This document shows, one piece after another, positions 13,888 to 26,769 of a DNA stretch of 64,000 bases. The notes under the pieces were generated by a model, which saw only the letters and a list, made by a program, of their open reading frames with translations, was not told the origin of the DNA and did no database searches. Made by a program: the position numbers and the translations under genes. The DNA lies in NCBI GenBank assembly GCA_050613775.1, contig JBODTK010000151.1, positions 124,001-188,000 on the forward strand, written 5' to 3'. This DNA comes from Neocallimastix sp. 'constans' (taxonomy: Eukaryota). How positions within the stretch are numbered: the first letter of the stretch is position 1; each line of letters starts with the position of its first letter.

Positions 13888-14667
13888 TAATTATTTAGAA
13901 ATATTTAATCATAAAAATATTTTTAATATATATATATTTTTATAAATTAAATTTTTAGAATATTAAAATTTTTATCAAATATGGATTTTTAATTAAGAAT
14001 ACTTTTAATTAATAAAAATTGTGACAGAATTCAGATAATCTTTTTCATTTGATCTATCATTTATTACAAATTAGTTTTTATATTATTTAAATTAAACACC
14101 ATTATTCAACAATATCATTTCAAGGTTCAAGGTCTATCAACAAACTTTGTTACAACAGGAGATAGTTGTTTATTCATATTTCTTGTTATTTGGGGTTTAT
14201 CTATTATATATATATATATAAATAAATTTACATTAAATTATTCAGTCTTTTTTATTACAAAGAAATTAAGAAAATATTTTAATCATTTTATTTTTTAATA
14301 ACACAATTTTATTTATTTCTAAACTAATTATAATTTATGTATTTATTTATTTATATATTAGTAAATAAAAAATTTATGGCGTCAAAAAACAATAATATGA
14401 ACGCCACATTGAGAAATTCAACTTTTCCGAAATTCACTACATCTATAAAAATATAACTAAATAATTAAATAAAAAAATAAATAAATATTAAATAATAAAT
14501 AAAAACTAAATAGATTGATAGAAATCAATTAAATAAATAAATAAATAAATAAGTAAATAAATAAATAGATAAATAAATAGAGCTTCCAATTAGTAAAAGT
14601 AAAATATACTCTAAAATCCTAATATATAATTCTTTTTATTTAATTCTAATTTAACATTTTTTAGCTT

Positions 14668-14715
<48 letters not shown>

Positions 14716-14756
14716 TATTTAATAAAATATTCTTTATTTAATTTTTTTATTAGTTT

Positions 14757-15487
14757 TATATTTTTATACATAAATAGGGTACAGTATTATCAACAGGAAC
14801 ACTATTATTATTAACAGTAGGAACATAACTATTAGTTACTTGGTACAGGTGATAGAGTATTAACAACAGAAGTTACCTGGAACTGGTGATACAGTATTAA
14901 CAACGGGAACATTATTAGTTACTTGGTACTGATGATAGTTTAGTAATGACAGGAATTTTATTAGTAACTGATAATTGAATTTGCGATTTGGCAGCTTTTT
15001 CTATTTTTTTGCCCTAGTCATATTAATATCTCTATTATAATTTTTTTGATAATTTTTAGTTGCTTCTGATTTAGGACTACTATCTTCAACTTTATTATTT
15101 TTTGTTAGTTGGATATATCTTGATTTCTTTTATTATTATTATTATTATTATTTATTATTAATATTTATTATTATTATTTATTATTAATATTTATTATTAT
15201 TATTTATTATTATTTATTATTTATTATTATTATTATTATTATTGTTTGATTGTATTATTATTAATGCAATAAAACCAAAACAAATTATCAAATAAATACA
15301 CAATACTTTGAATGACACAAAGCCACCTAACTTTTTTTTTTTTTTTATTTCTCATAAATTTTTCATTCATTTCTTTTGTTTTATTATCATACTTATTACA
15401 ATGGTATAATATTTTAAAACTATCATATTCTTCATTCCTTTTTATTTTTTTTTTTTTTTTTGTTCAAAAAGGTCATAATTTTTACAT
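14757..15487 (-). pseudogene. Disrupted paralog of the 18809-19501 membrane protein
   Basis: Fragments IKRNEEY, LGGFVSFKVLCIYLIICFGFIALIII and KKSRYIQLTKNNKVEDSSPKSEATKNYQ align with FKRESEEF, LGGFLFVYILLICLAISFIVGII and KKAKYLELTKNNQAKESEVIKNYQ. Frameshifts and an expanded AAT tract interrupt the frame. Confidence 0.75.
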
Positions 15488-16699
15488 AAGTTTCAATAAT
15501 TATTTATTAGAAAAGAATTTTGATAAATTTTCAAATATATAAACGAATTTAATTTTCAATTTTCAATTTTTAATTTTTGATTTTTAATTTTCAATTTTTA
15601 ATTTTCAATTTTTAATTTTTGATTTTTCAATTTTCAATTTTTAATTTTTGATTTTTCAATTTTCAATTTTTAATTTTTGATTTTTAATTTTTGATTTTTA
15701 ATTTTTGATTTTTTAATTTTTTAATTTTTGATTTTTTAATTTTTTTATTATTTAATTAAAAAATTATTAGATTATATGAAGCTAATTAAATATGTTTAAA
15801 ATTATATTATTTATATTATTTCATTATGTGTAAATTAAGTAAATTAAGTCTTTTTGTATTTGAAATACATTATTTAATTTATTATTAAAATAATTTCATT
15901 GTATTATTATCAATCTTCGATTAATATAACTTTTCAAGCATTTTTATAATTGTAATTACCTATATCTAATAATAAATGTATATATAAATTTTAATTAATA
16001 ATAAAATGTTTTATTTGATTTTTATTATTTATTTATTTATTTTATTTATTATTATTTATTTATTTTTTTTTAATTTTTATTTTTATTTTTATTTTTTCTT
16101 TTTTTTTTTTTATAGTATTATTATTATTATTAATATTTATTTTATTTTATTTTATTTATTTTTTTTTAATGACTTTATATTTTCAAAATTTTAACTTTAT
16201 TATTTCTTATTATTATTTCTTATTTTTTACATTTTTAATTTTCTTTATTAATTTTTTTTCTTTGTTCCATTTATTAAACAACTTATAGTACTTATTCTAG
16301 AGTAAGTTGCACTATTATTAAATAGTTTGCTACTTATTATTTTTTATATTTATTTTTTTTAAGTCTTTTTTTTTAGAATAGAAAGAAAATACACTTCCAG
16401 TACTTTATTAAATAGATAATTCTATTATTATGTTTTACATTTTTTTTTAAAAAAAAAAAATACGTTATATAATTTAAAAATAAAAATAAAATGTATGAAA
16501 AAGATTAAGTAAAATAAAAAAATAACAAAAATCAAAAAAAAAAAAAAACAAAAAAAAAAACAAAAAGAAAACAAATTCCAATTAATAATTGTAAATTTAA
16601 TGTAATAAAGAATAAAAATAAGTTCTAAAGTTAAAAAAAAAAAAAATTGATCACCAAATCAAAAATAATATAACAAAGAAGTGACGTCTTTAAATTGGA

Positions 16700-17760
16700 T
16701 AATGTGATGTCCATTATACTTTCCCCCCCTGAAAATATAGAAAGATCCTAATTATGAGAATTAATATCTATATTTTCTATGAGTGGAAGTAGGCTGTTAC
16801 TATTTGGATTTTGAAATATATGTAATAGGGCTACTAATAATTATTGTTCGTAAGCCATATCGGTAAGACGTCGGCACTCTTGGTTACTGAAGGGTTTCTT
16901 TCTAAATCTATCATAAAGTAACTACTAATGATAGGTATTGTTTTAGCAAGATAACGCTTAACCCCTATAATATACGGAACGGTAGACCTCCTGTGTAAAC
17001 TGTTTAATAATAGTTCACTTAAATATTTCTGATCCCTAGTATTGAATTGTATCTCGTCTAAAGCTGAAATTCCAACCAAGATGGAATATATAAATATATT
17101 TATTGATAAAATTTTTCATATTCTAATAATTCTAATAATATTAGAATATGTGCGTAATAAGGAAAGAGTCCTTATTTTAACACTGAATATTATAAAAAGG
17201 ACATTGATGAGATATAAAGATTCTCATCTATGTAATGAAAAAGAACATTCAAATATTCAATGGATGAACGACTGTTCACCTTCTCTTACAGCATGGGCAG
17301 ACTTTCAGGACAATTGTCAAATACTCTATCACTTCTGATAGCAATAGTAGTATTATATTTTAAAACCAAACCAGATTTTAATCTTAAAAAATCCAGTTAA
17401 AACCTAAATTAAATTGTGAATATTCAAGGCTGAGCTTGAATAATTTTCTTTGTTTCAATCTATTTGTATTTATAATAATTTGTTCCTTTTTTAATCCCTT
17501 GACATTTACCATTTATTTGACCAATAGAATTCAATTACATCTTGATATTTCTTAATATTTTCATTTCTAATTTTTCTATAGAGAGAACGTGATTTCTTTG
17601 TTCAAGAAAAATGTAACATCATAGGAATATTCTCTATTAGATCCTTTTTATAATAATGCATTTAGAATTTCTCCATTTCATAAAGCATTTGATTAGAAGT
17701 GAAATATAAAAATCTTAACAATAGGCAAAAATTGAAGACCACGCAATAAAGCATAAGTCT
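16700..17760. mobile_element. Degenerate GC-richer island, possibly an LTR or other TE remnant
   Basis: Clear compositional shift. A segment starts TGTGATG (about 16703) and reaches TATCAC (about 17332). No recognisable protein motif. Confidence 0.25.
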
Positions 17761-17780
17761 TAAAAATAAAATTAATTGTA

Positions 17781-17929
17781 GAAATATATATGTAAAGTAT
17801 AGATTGAATAAAATAGCTTAAATATAAAAGTAAAGTACAGATTAAATAAACTAGTTGAAATATGAATATAAAGCACAGATTAAATAAAATAGTAGAACTA
17901 CAAATGTAAAATACAGATTAAATAAAATA
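17781..17929. repeat. Degenerate minisatellite, unit about 38 bp, 4 copies
   Basis: Core GTAAAGTACAGATTAAATAAAATAG recurs four times with substitutions. Confidence 0.75.
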
Positions 17930-18325
17930 ATATAATATAATATAATATATATAGTCTCAAATTCTGACATATAATATAGAGTTATAAAGAAATAAAATTA
18001 TTAAAATGACCTTGAAAATCAATTAAAATAAAAAATTTCAAAAAAAAAAAAAAAAAAAAATTCAAAAAAAAAAAAAAAAAAAAAAAAAAAATTCAAAAAA
18101 AAAAAAAAAAAAAAATTTAAATATTTAATAAATTATAGATTCTTACTAAATATATAAATGTTTTATACACCATAAAAAATATAAAAAATAAAATAAAAAA
18201 TAAAATAATTAATAATTATATTTTATTGTTTATATTACATTATATATATCATGTTCTATTATAATTTTTTTTTTTATTTCTAATATTTTAAATTTATTTA
18301 TTTCATATAATAAACTATTTTTATG

Positions 18326-18379
<54 letters not shown>

Positions 18380-18808
18380 TTCTATTATTACTATTACCAT
18401 TATTATTATTTCTATTACTTTTTATTAATTTATATTATTATTTTTATATAGACTATATTTTATTATATTATTATAATATTATCAATATAAATCAATTTTA
18501 TTTTAATTATTATTCTCATTAGATATTATGTTTATATATATATTATAAAATATAAAATAAAAAAATATTTGAAATCTTCGAAAAATTATTTTTGATATTA
18601 CCTTATAGAAAATAATAATTTATTATAAAAATTATTATTATAGGTAAAAAAAAATAAAAAATAAAAAATAAAAAAAAAATAAAAGTATAAAATTATATAT
18701 ATAATAATAAAGACAATTTTTATTTTTATTTTTTTTTTTTTTAGCAAATATCTTTGAATTTAAAGATTAGTTGGGGCTTGATAAACATAATTATAATGAT
18801 CATTGAAG

Positions 18809-19501
18809 TTATTGAGGTAAATAAGGCGATACAGGTGAAACATATTGAGGCATTGGTACATTAGTAATACCTGGTGCAACAGCTGCTGCTGGAGGTGCAT
18901 TTGGCATAAGTGGTATAGTACTACCAACTACAACAGGAATAGTAGGTTGACTAGTTACAGTATTAACAAAAGGTCCATTATTAACTGGTAATTGAGTTTG
19001 TAACTTATTTTTAGCATATTCTTCCTTTTCTGCGTCGGTCATACTTATACCGCTGTTAACATAATTTTGATAATTTTTAATTACTTCCGATTCTTTTGCT
19101 TGATTATTTTTGGTTAATTCTAAATATTTTGCCTTCTTTCTTTTATTTGATTTTTTTGTGTATACAATAATACCAACAATAAAACTTATAGCCAAACATA
19201 TTAATAAGATATAGACAAATAAAAAGCCACCCAAAATTAAATCGTCTTTGTCTTTTTCAAATTCTCTTTTATGTTCTTCATCAATTTTTTTAAAATTTTT
19301 TTCGTTTTCACTTTTCATTTTTTCAAAATTGCTATCAAAATTGTCAAAATTATTTTCATCTTTCGCTTTATTAAAAACTTCTTCATTTTCATTTTTCATC
19401 TTTTCAATTTCTTTTTCCATCCTTTCAAATTCTTCTGATTCTCTTTTGAATAAATTTTGAAAAATGATACTTTCCCAATAATCAGAGTTAATTATATACA
19501 T
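18809..19501 (-). CDS. Single-pass membrane protein, 230 aa from the first ATG
   Basis: The ORF track starts at TTG 19540, but the first ATG is at 19501 (MYIINSDYWESIIFQNLFKRESEE). E/K-rich helical N-part, TM LILGGFLFVYILLICLAISFIVGIIVY then TKKSNKRKK, and a Pro-rich tail. Confidence 0.8.
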   Translation of the reverse strand: MYIINSDYWESIIFQNLFKRESEEFERMEKEIEKMKNENEEVFNKAKDENNFDNFDSNFEKMKSENEKNFKKIDEEHKREFEKDKDDLILGGFLFVYILLICLAISFIVGIIVYTKKSNKRKKAKYLELTKNNQAKESEVIKNYQNYVNSGISMTDAEKEEYAKNKLQTQLPVNNGPFVNTVTSQPTIPVVVGSTIPLMPNAPPAAAVAPGITNVPMPQYVSPVSPYLPQ

Positions 19502-19720
19502 ATTTTGTAGTTTATTGATATATGAAATTAAAATACTCAATTATTTGTTATTACTTTATTAACTTTTTATAAATAATAAAAAAAAACAATTTAAATATAA
19601 TTTCCAAATATTACTTTTTAGAAATTAAATTAATTAATTCTGGTAAAATTTTTTATTTTTTATTTTTTATTATTTACATTTATTTTATTTTATTAATTCT
19701 ATTTTTTACTTATTTATTTA

Positions 19721-19754
<34 letters not shown>

Positions 19755-19842
19755 AAAAAAAAAAAAAATAAAATAAATGAAATGAAATGCTTTTTTGATA
19801 ATTATATAAAAAAATTTTATTTGTTTAAATTTTTTTTTTTTT

Positions 19843-19877
<35 letters not shown>

Positions 19878-20844
19878 TAAATCATATATGTTTATTTATT
19901 TAATTCAATAAACATATTAAATTTTGATAAAAGTATATAAAATATAATATAATATATATTTATACTTTATATATTTTATGTTTTCTCTCCTTTTTTTTTT
20001 TTTTTTTTTTTATTTTTTTTTTTTTTTTTTATTTTATTTTTTTTTTTTTTATTTTATTTTTTACTTTTATTTTTATTTTTATTTTTTTTGTTTAATATAA
20101 TTAAAATCAAAATTAGTTTTCAAGATTTATTAATTTATCCTTTAGTAAAACTTGAAAAAAAGATGTTCAAGTTAATAAAAATAAAAATAAAAAATTAAAA
20201 TTAAAATTATATAAAAAAATTAAGAAAAAAAAAAAATAAAAATAAAAATTAAAATTATAAACATTTCGTGTAACCGAATTAAAATTTTAAAGCAATTCTA
20301 AACCAACGAAATAGAAAAAAAAAAAAAAAAAAAGTTGATTTAATTTTTATAAATAATTTAAATAAATAGAAAAGTAATACAATTTATGAAAAAAAAAAAA
20401 ATTAATTATAAATTCCAACTACATTTTTTATAATGATAAAAAAAAAACTTTAAAGAATATTAAAAAAGTAATATTAAGATATTAAATTCAATATTTTTAA
20501 ATATATTGAAAATATTTATATTATTATTTATAATAAGTTTTATAAATAAATTATTATTTAATAATGAAAAAAAAGTAAAAGTGAGAAATATAAAGAGAAA
20601 TAAAAATATAGATTTAAAAATATTATTGAAAAAAAAAAAAAAATAATAATAATAATAATAATAATTAATATAAAAATTTTTATAAAAAAATAAAAATATT
20701 AATAATATAAAGAAAAAAATTTTTTTTTATAATAATTTTTTTTCTTAAAAAAACTTATTACTTTAGTATTTTGAGAATTTATAATTAATATTTAATGGAG
20801 TTTTTCCTTTATTTTTTTTTATTCATTATTATTTTATTTATTTA

Positions 20845-21375
20845 TTTATTTATATCAGTTCCAAGTTAGATTAAATATTTTACTAAAGCTTCATTTCCAT
20901 TTCTGCATGGAGCAAAATAATAGTATACTATTAACTATTTACTTTATATTTGTTCCTAGTCCAACTAAATATTTTATTAATGCTCCTTTTTCACTTTTGC
21001 AGGCATAAGATAATGTTGTTCCATGATACTTATTTTCTTTATTTATATCAGCTCCTAGTTCAACTAAAATATTTTACTATTGCTTTATTTCCACTTTCAC
21101 ATACATTAAATAATGATAATTTATTACAATAATTTTAGTAATCAAGTTTACTTAAAATATATAAAACTTTTGCTTTATTACATACATTAAATAGTAGAAT
21201 ACCAAAAATTTTAATTATTTTATTTATATCTGCTCTATGTTTTATTAAATATTATATTGTTTCTATATTTATACTACTATCAAGTATTAATTAATGGTGC
21301 TTCCCTATAGATAAATATATATATATATATATTACCTATATCTGTACCTATATCTGCTCCTAGTTCAATAAACAA
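20845..21375 (-). pseudogene. Ankyrin-repeat gene remnant
   Basis: Frameshifted repeats LFNVCESGNKAIVKY/LVELGADINK, TLSYACKSEKGALIKYLVGLGTNIK and CRNGNEALVKYLI*LGTDINK. Confidence 0.8.
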
Positions 21376-21950
21376 AATTTAAATAGTTTTTTTTTTTTTT
21401 TTTTTTTTTTATTAAATTTTACTTTATTTTATTTATTTATTTTATTTATTTATTTTTATTTATTTATTTTTATTTATTTATTTATTTTTATTTATTTATT
21501 TATTTATTTATTTATATGTACATATTATAGAAATGATGGTATTTTAAAATATTAAGAAAACCCTTTTCTTAAATTATATACTGATTTATTTGAACACATT
21601 AATAATAAATAAATAAATATATATATATATAATTATGATCATATTCTTTAAATATTATATACAATATATAATATAATAATATATAATATTTTATTATAAA
21701 TATATATAAATAAACATTCTTTAAATAATGAAATCTTTATTATTTAAATATTATATGTTTATTTATTATTGTTATTATTTTATTTTTTTTTAAAAAAAAA
21801 ATAATAAAATAAATAAATAAATAAAAATAAAAGAAAAAAAAATCTATTAAATAATGATGTAATAACATTTTATTTTATTTTTTCTCAATAGGTATTCTAT
21901 ATTTACTATATATTTATTTATAAATATATTTCTATTTTTTTTTATTATTA

Positions 21951-21985
<35 letters not shown>

Positions 21986-22142
21986 ACTCTTTTTTTTTTT
22001 TTTATTTTTATTATTATTTAATATCATTGTTGTCATATATTTCATAGAATGAGGAAATTAAATCCTTTTATTTTTTTTCTTTTTATTATTTTTATTTTTC
22101 TTAGATAAGGATGATATATTGAGATTAATAATTGAACGATAA

Positions 22143-23153
22143 TTAAACTGGAGTTGAGTAATACACTTGTGGCTGTGGAACATTTGGAAGAGGATATTGA
22201 TTTAATTGAGCATAATTAACGCTATATTGATTACTACTATCCATAGGTACTGGCGGTATAGATGTATTTATTGCATAATTACTATAATGATTTGGTAAAT
22301 AACCATTTGTATTATTTCGAATATTATTAATTGTTGGAGCTGATGATGATGGTGTAGTAGCTGTAGAGTTATCATATGGTAAAGGTGTCATAACAACAGG
22401 ATCAGATGATAACGGTACTTCTGAGATTTTTGAACTATTATCCTTCTCAGGAATCATATTATTATCACTATTATTACTAGAAAGGTTTGATGTTTCATCT
22501 ATATTTTCTTCATTACCAGTTGTCATTGTAACTGTTACTTTATCAGGTGTAATATTTATTGCATGACCATGAATATTTCTTGTAAACATTTTATATCTTC
22601 TTTGTTTATTTTTTTTACTAAATCTACAAATAATAAATGTAATTATAGCAATTATAATCACTAGTAAAGCAATAATAGCTATTGTTCTATTACTAATACC
22701 ATTTGAATTAGTTTTTTGATTATTATCTGTATTTTTTTCATTTTGACTTGAAGACGGTAATGATTTATTTTTAATTTTTTCTCGTTCTTCCAATAATTTT
22801 CTAGCTTCTTCAAAATTTTTATTCTTTTGTTCTTCTTCTTTTAACAATTCCTCGGGTGTTTTGGTTTTTGTTTCGGTTTTTGTTTCTGTGTTTTCCTCTG
22901 TTTCTGTTTCTTGTTTGGTTTTTTCGGTATCATCTTTATCAGCATCATACGAATCATCAGGACTGGTATAATGATCTTTATTTGATTTATCATCCTGTTT
23001 ACCAAATTGTTTATTCCTTTCTTCAATAATTTTCTGTGTATCAAATTGTTTATTCCGTTCTTCAATAAGTTTATTTATACTATCATTTCCTTCTCTTTTA
23101 TAAAATGTATTTGAATTTTTAAAATCCCAATTATTAAAACTAATTACACCCAT
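22143..23153 (-). CDS. Single-pass membrane protein, 336 aa
   Basis: No signal peptide. FYKREG near the N-terminus, duplicated IEERNKQF, a T/E/K-rich linker, TM TIAIIALLVIIIAIITFIIC then RFSKKNKQRR, and a P/Y/N/S-rich tail. Confidence 0.85.
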   Translation of the reverse strand: MGVISFNNWDFKNSNTFYKREGNDSINKLIEERNKQFDTQKIIEERNKQFGKQDDKSNKDHYTSPDDSYDADKDDTEKTKQETETEENTETKTETKTKTPEELLKEEEQKNKNFEEARKLLEEREKIKNKSLPSSSQNEKNTDNNQKTNSNGISNRTIAIIALLVIIIAIITFIICRFSKKNKQRRYKMFTRNIHGHAINITPDKVTVTMTTGNEENIDETSNLSSNNSDNNMIPEKDNSSKISEVPLSSDPVVMTPLPYDNSTATTPSSSAPTINNIRNNTNGYLPNHYSNYAINTSIPPVPMDSSNQYSVNYAQLNQYPLPNVPQPQVYYSTPV

Positions 23154-23154
23154 T

Positions 23155-23199
<45 letters not shown>

Positions 23200-24138
23200 T
23201 ATTTTTATTTTTATTATATTTTTGTTAAATAACAATTTATAAATAAATCTTCATTTAATATTATATATATTTTAAAATATTTTATATTATAAATAATTTA
23301 TTATACCTTTCATCTAAATTTATATTTAAAAATTATACTTTTGTTTGTTAAATAATTATAATAATAAATATAAATTATTTGAATCAAATTAATTTATATT
23401 TTATTTTATTTTTTATTAATTTAACTTTTATTTATTATTATTGATTTTTTTTAAAAAAAAAAAAAAAATCATAAATGAGATTTCTTTTAATTTTTATAAT
23501 GTTTTATTTTTATTTTTTTTTTTTAAAAAAAAAAAAGAAAAAAAAAGGAAAAGGAATAGATAAAATATTAAAAAAGAAATTAAATAAATAAAATGAATAA
23601 ATAAATATAATAATAATTATAGTTTTAATATTAATAATATAATAAAAAGTTAAATAATTATAATAAATTCAAATTTTAAATTTTATTAAAAAAAAAATTA
23701 CTAAAGATCAATTTTTTAAATTTAATATTAAATTAAAAAAAAAATACAAAGATGAATTTTTTAAATTTAAAATTATATTAAAATATATATATATATATAT
23801 ATTTAATAAAATTGTTTTATAAAAAAAAAATTTTTTTTATTTTGAAAATTCTATATTCTAATCTTTTTCATAACAAATAAATAATCAATTCTAGAATAAA
23901 TCAATAAATAAATGCATAAATAAATTATTTTATTTTATTTTTTTTTTTGGTAAAAATAGTTAATATTAAATTATTAAAAACAAAATAAATATTTTATAAA
24001 CAATATTTTTAATTTTTGTAATTAATATTCATATATTAAAAAAAAAAATTAAATAAATTTAAAATAAAATAAAAAAAAAAAAAAAAGGAATCATTAATGT
24101 TTATTGGTGTAACCTTAAAAATATTAATATTCATACAA

Positions 24139-24843
24139 TTTTTTTGTTATTTCTGGTATGTACCACCCTTGGTTTCAGCCCCACCCCCTCAGGAGTAGTG
24201 GAAATATCGATGTAGTCACAACACTTCAGTAATGCTTTCGCATATGTAAATAATGTTCCTACTGGACTGACCTTACTGAGTGTTCAGCATTGACACCTCT
24301 GACATGTATATTATTTCTGAAAAATTTTCTTGTATGTTTTTTTCTCGTAGTGCTTCTCCAAGTTCCTAACTTCCCTATGAAGTTTAGGTCAGTATAACCT
24401 AACCCGATGAGATATGTACTAGCTTCTCTTGGCAAATGCATAAACATCAGAAAAATTGCAATTTAGTGGAATACTTCTACATCACTTTTGTAGAATATAT
24501 ATATCTACATAATCACATAAAATATACCCAAATAACTAATAATTCCTTCATAAAATACATTAAATGAAATAATAATTGTGCAACCTTCTCAGGTCCTCAG
24601 TTAGGACAGTATCTTTTCTATATTACTTTGGAGATTTAGAATAAAATAATAGTAATAATAATAATAATATAAGGGGAAAAATATATATATAAGGGAGAAA
24701 TATTTACTTGTAACCCTATCTACCATATTCAGTAAAAAACCTCTTGTGAAGAAAACCTTGGAAAATAGTAATAGGGCGGGATTCAACTAGGAACCTGATA
24801 TTTGCTAGCCCATGAACTAACAACCAGGAAAGAATCTGGTTCA
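24139..24843 (-). mobile_element. tRNA-headed SINE, copy B (near full length, about 700 bp)
   Basis: Minus strand reads GAACCAGATTCTTTCCTGGTTGTTAG...GTTGAATCCCGCCC...GGCTGAAACCAAGGGTGGTACA plus an A tail. Colinear with copy D. Confidence 0.8.
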
Positions 24844-26769
24844 CATATATAATTTAATATTTAAATTAGGACGACTTTTTATGACTTTTTATGACTTTTA
24901 ACTAATAATGTATAAAATATTTATATATTTATTTTTAAATTTCTTATTTTTTTTTAAAAAAAAAAAAGTATAAAAAAAATAAAAAATAAAAAAATAAAAA
25001 ATAAAAAAATAAAATAAAAATAAAAATAAAATAAAAATAAAAAAATAAATTAAAATAATATAAAAAAAATCTATAAACATAAATATATATTTTATATACT
25101 TTTTATTATCTTGATAACCTTTTTTTTTTTTTTTAAAAAAAAATCATAATAATATATATATATGATTTTATATTTTGTATTTATTTTACATTTTTATTTT
25201 TATAAAAATTGTTATTTTTTTTATCAATGATATAAAAATAAAATTTATTACTTGAATAAGATGATTTGTAAAATAAAATATTATTATTTTTTTTATGAAT
25301 ATATATATAATAATAATAGTAAATATAATAATAAATATTTTATAATATTTATTACATATTATATATATATTTAATTTTATATGACTTTTTATATATAATA
25401 AATAATAAATGATAAAATTTATAGTATAAAAATATTTTATATATATCATATGTTAATAAAATAGTTTATAATATTGATGGAATTGTGTGTGTATATGAGG
25501 GTGTGTTATTTTTATTAAAAATATCAATTTTAATTCATATCATTAAAACTGATAAAGATAATTATGTTCTTTTTTTTTTTTTTGTTTTTGTTTTATATGA
25601 ATAAATAAAATTATTTTAATGATAGATAATAAAAAAAGTTTTTTTAAAAAAAAATTTTTTTTTTTATTTTTATATAAATAAATTATTTGTAAAATCTACA
25701 AATGAATTTATAAAAATAAAAATAAAAATACTTAAATTAATATTATATAACATTTTTGATTAAAAATATATATATAATAAGGTATATAGTATATAAAAAT
25801 ATCATAACCATTTATATGCTTTTTTTTTTTACTGTTTTGTTTTGATTTTTCATATTTTCTAATTATGATAAATTATATTATTACCTTTTTTTTTTTTATG
25901 AAAATAATAATGAATTTTTAAATTATATTAATATATTTATTTGTATTTACTTATTTATCTGATTTATAACGTCTGTTTATATTATTTATTATTATTATTA
26001 TTTTTTTTATTTAATATTTTTGTTTTGATTTGTTTTGTTTATATAAATAAAAAAAAAAAAAAAAATTAAAATAAATTAAATCGAATGTTAACGCGAAATA
26101 TTGAATAACGAATATTTATATATATTATAAATTTAATATTTATATATATACATATATATACATATGTGTGTATATTTTTTATTTCCCTTCTTATAATAAT
26201 ATTATCATAAGATAGGAGAAAAAGTAATTTTTATAAAAATAAATCATAGTAAAAAAAATAAGAGATAACATCTATCCAACAGTAAAGACATTAAAAATAA
26301 TACATTTGAAAAAATGTTACTATTATTTTTATTACATGGTGGATTTACTTACTACTTAATGATATTATGATTATATATGAATATTTATAAGAATAATAAT
26401 AAAAAAATTTTTTTCTATTATTTATTGTTGATTATATATATAAATTTAATATAATATTGCTATTATTTATTGAATATATATATTTAAATTTTTCTTTGAA
26501 GGATAAAAATTTTTAATTTTTAATTTCTTCAAATAAGTTTTTATTTTCTTAATTTTACTTTTATTTTACTTCCAAAATTTTTATCTCTTAAATTATGATT
26601 TTCATTCTCACTACTATTATTATTTACTGAAAATAATTAATGTAGAAAGATTTTAATTATGAATATTTCAAAATTTTAAATATATAAAAATTATCTTATT
26701 TGGATTTTTTTTTTCCATTTTTCTTTTTTCTTTTTTTTCTTTTTTTTTTTTCATCTCCTTGAGATAGTT

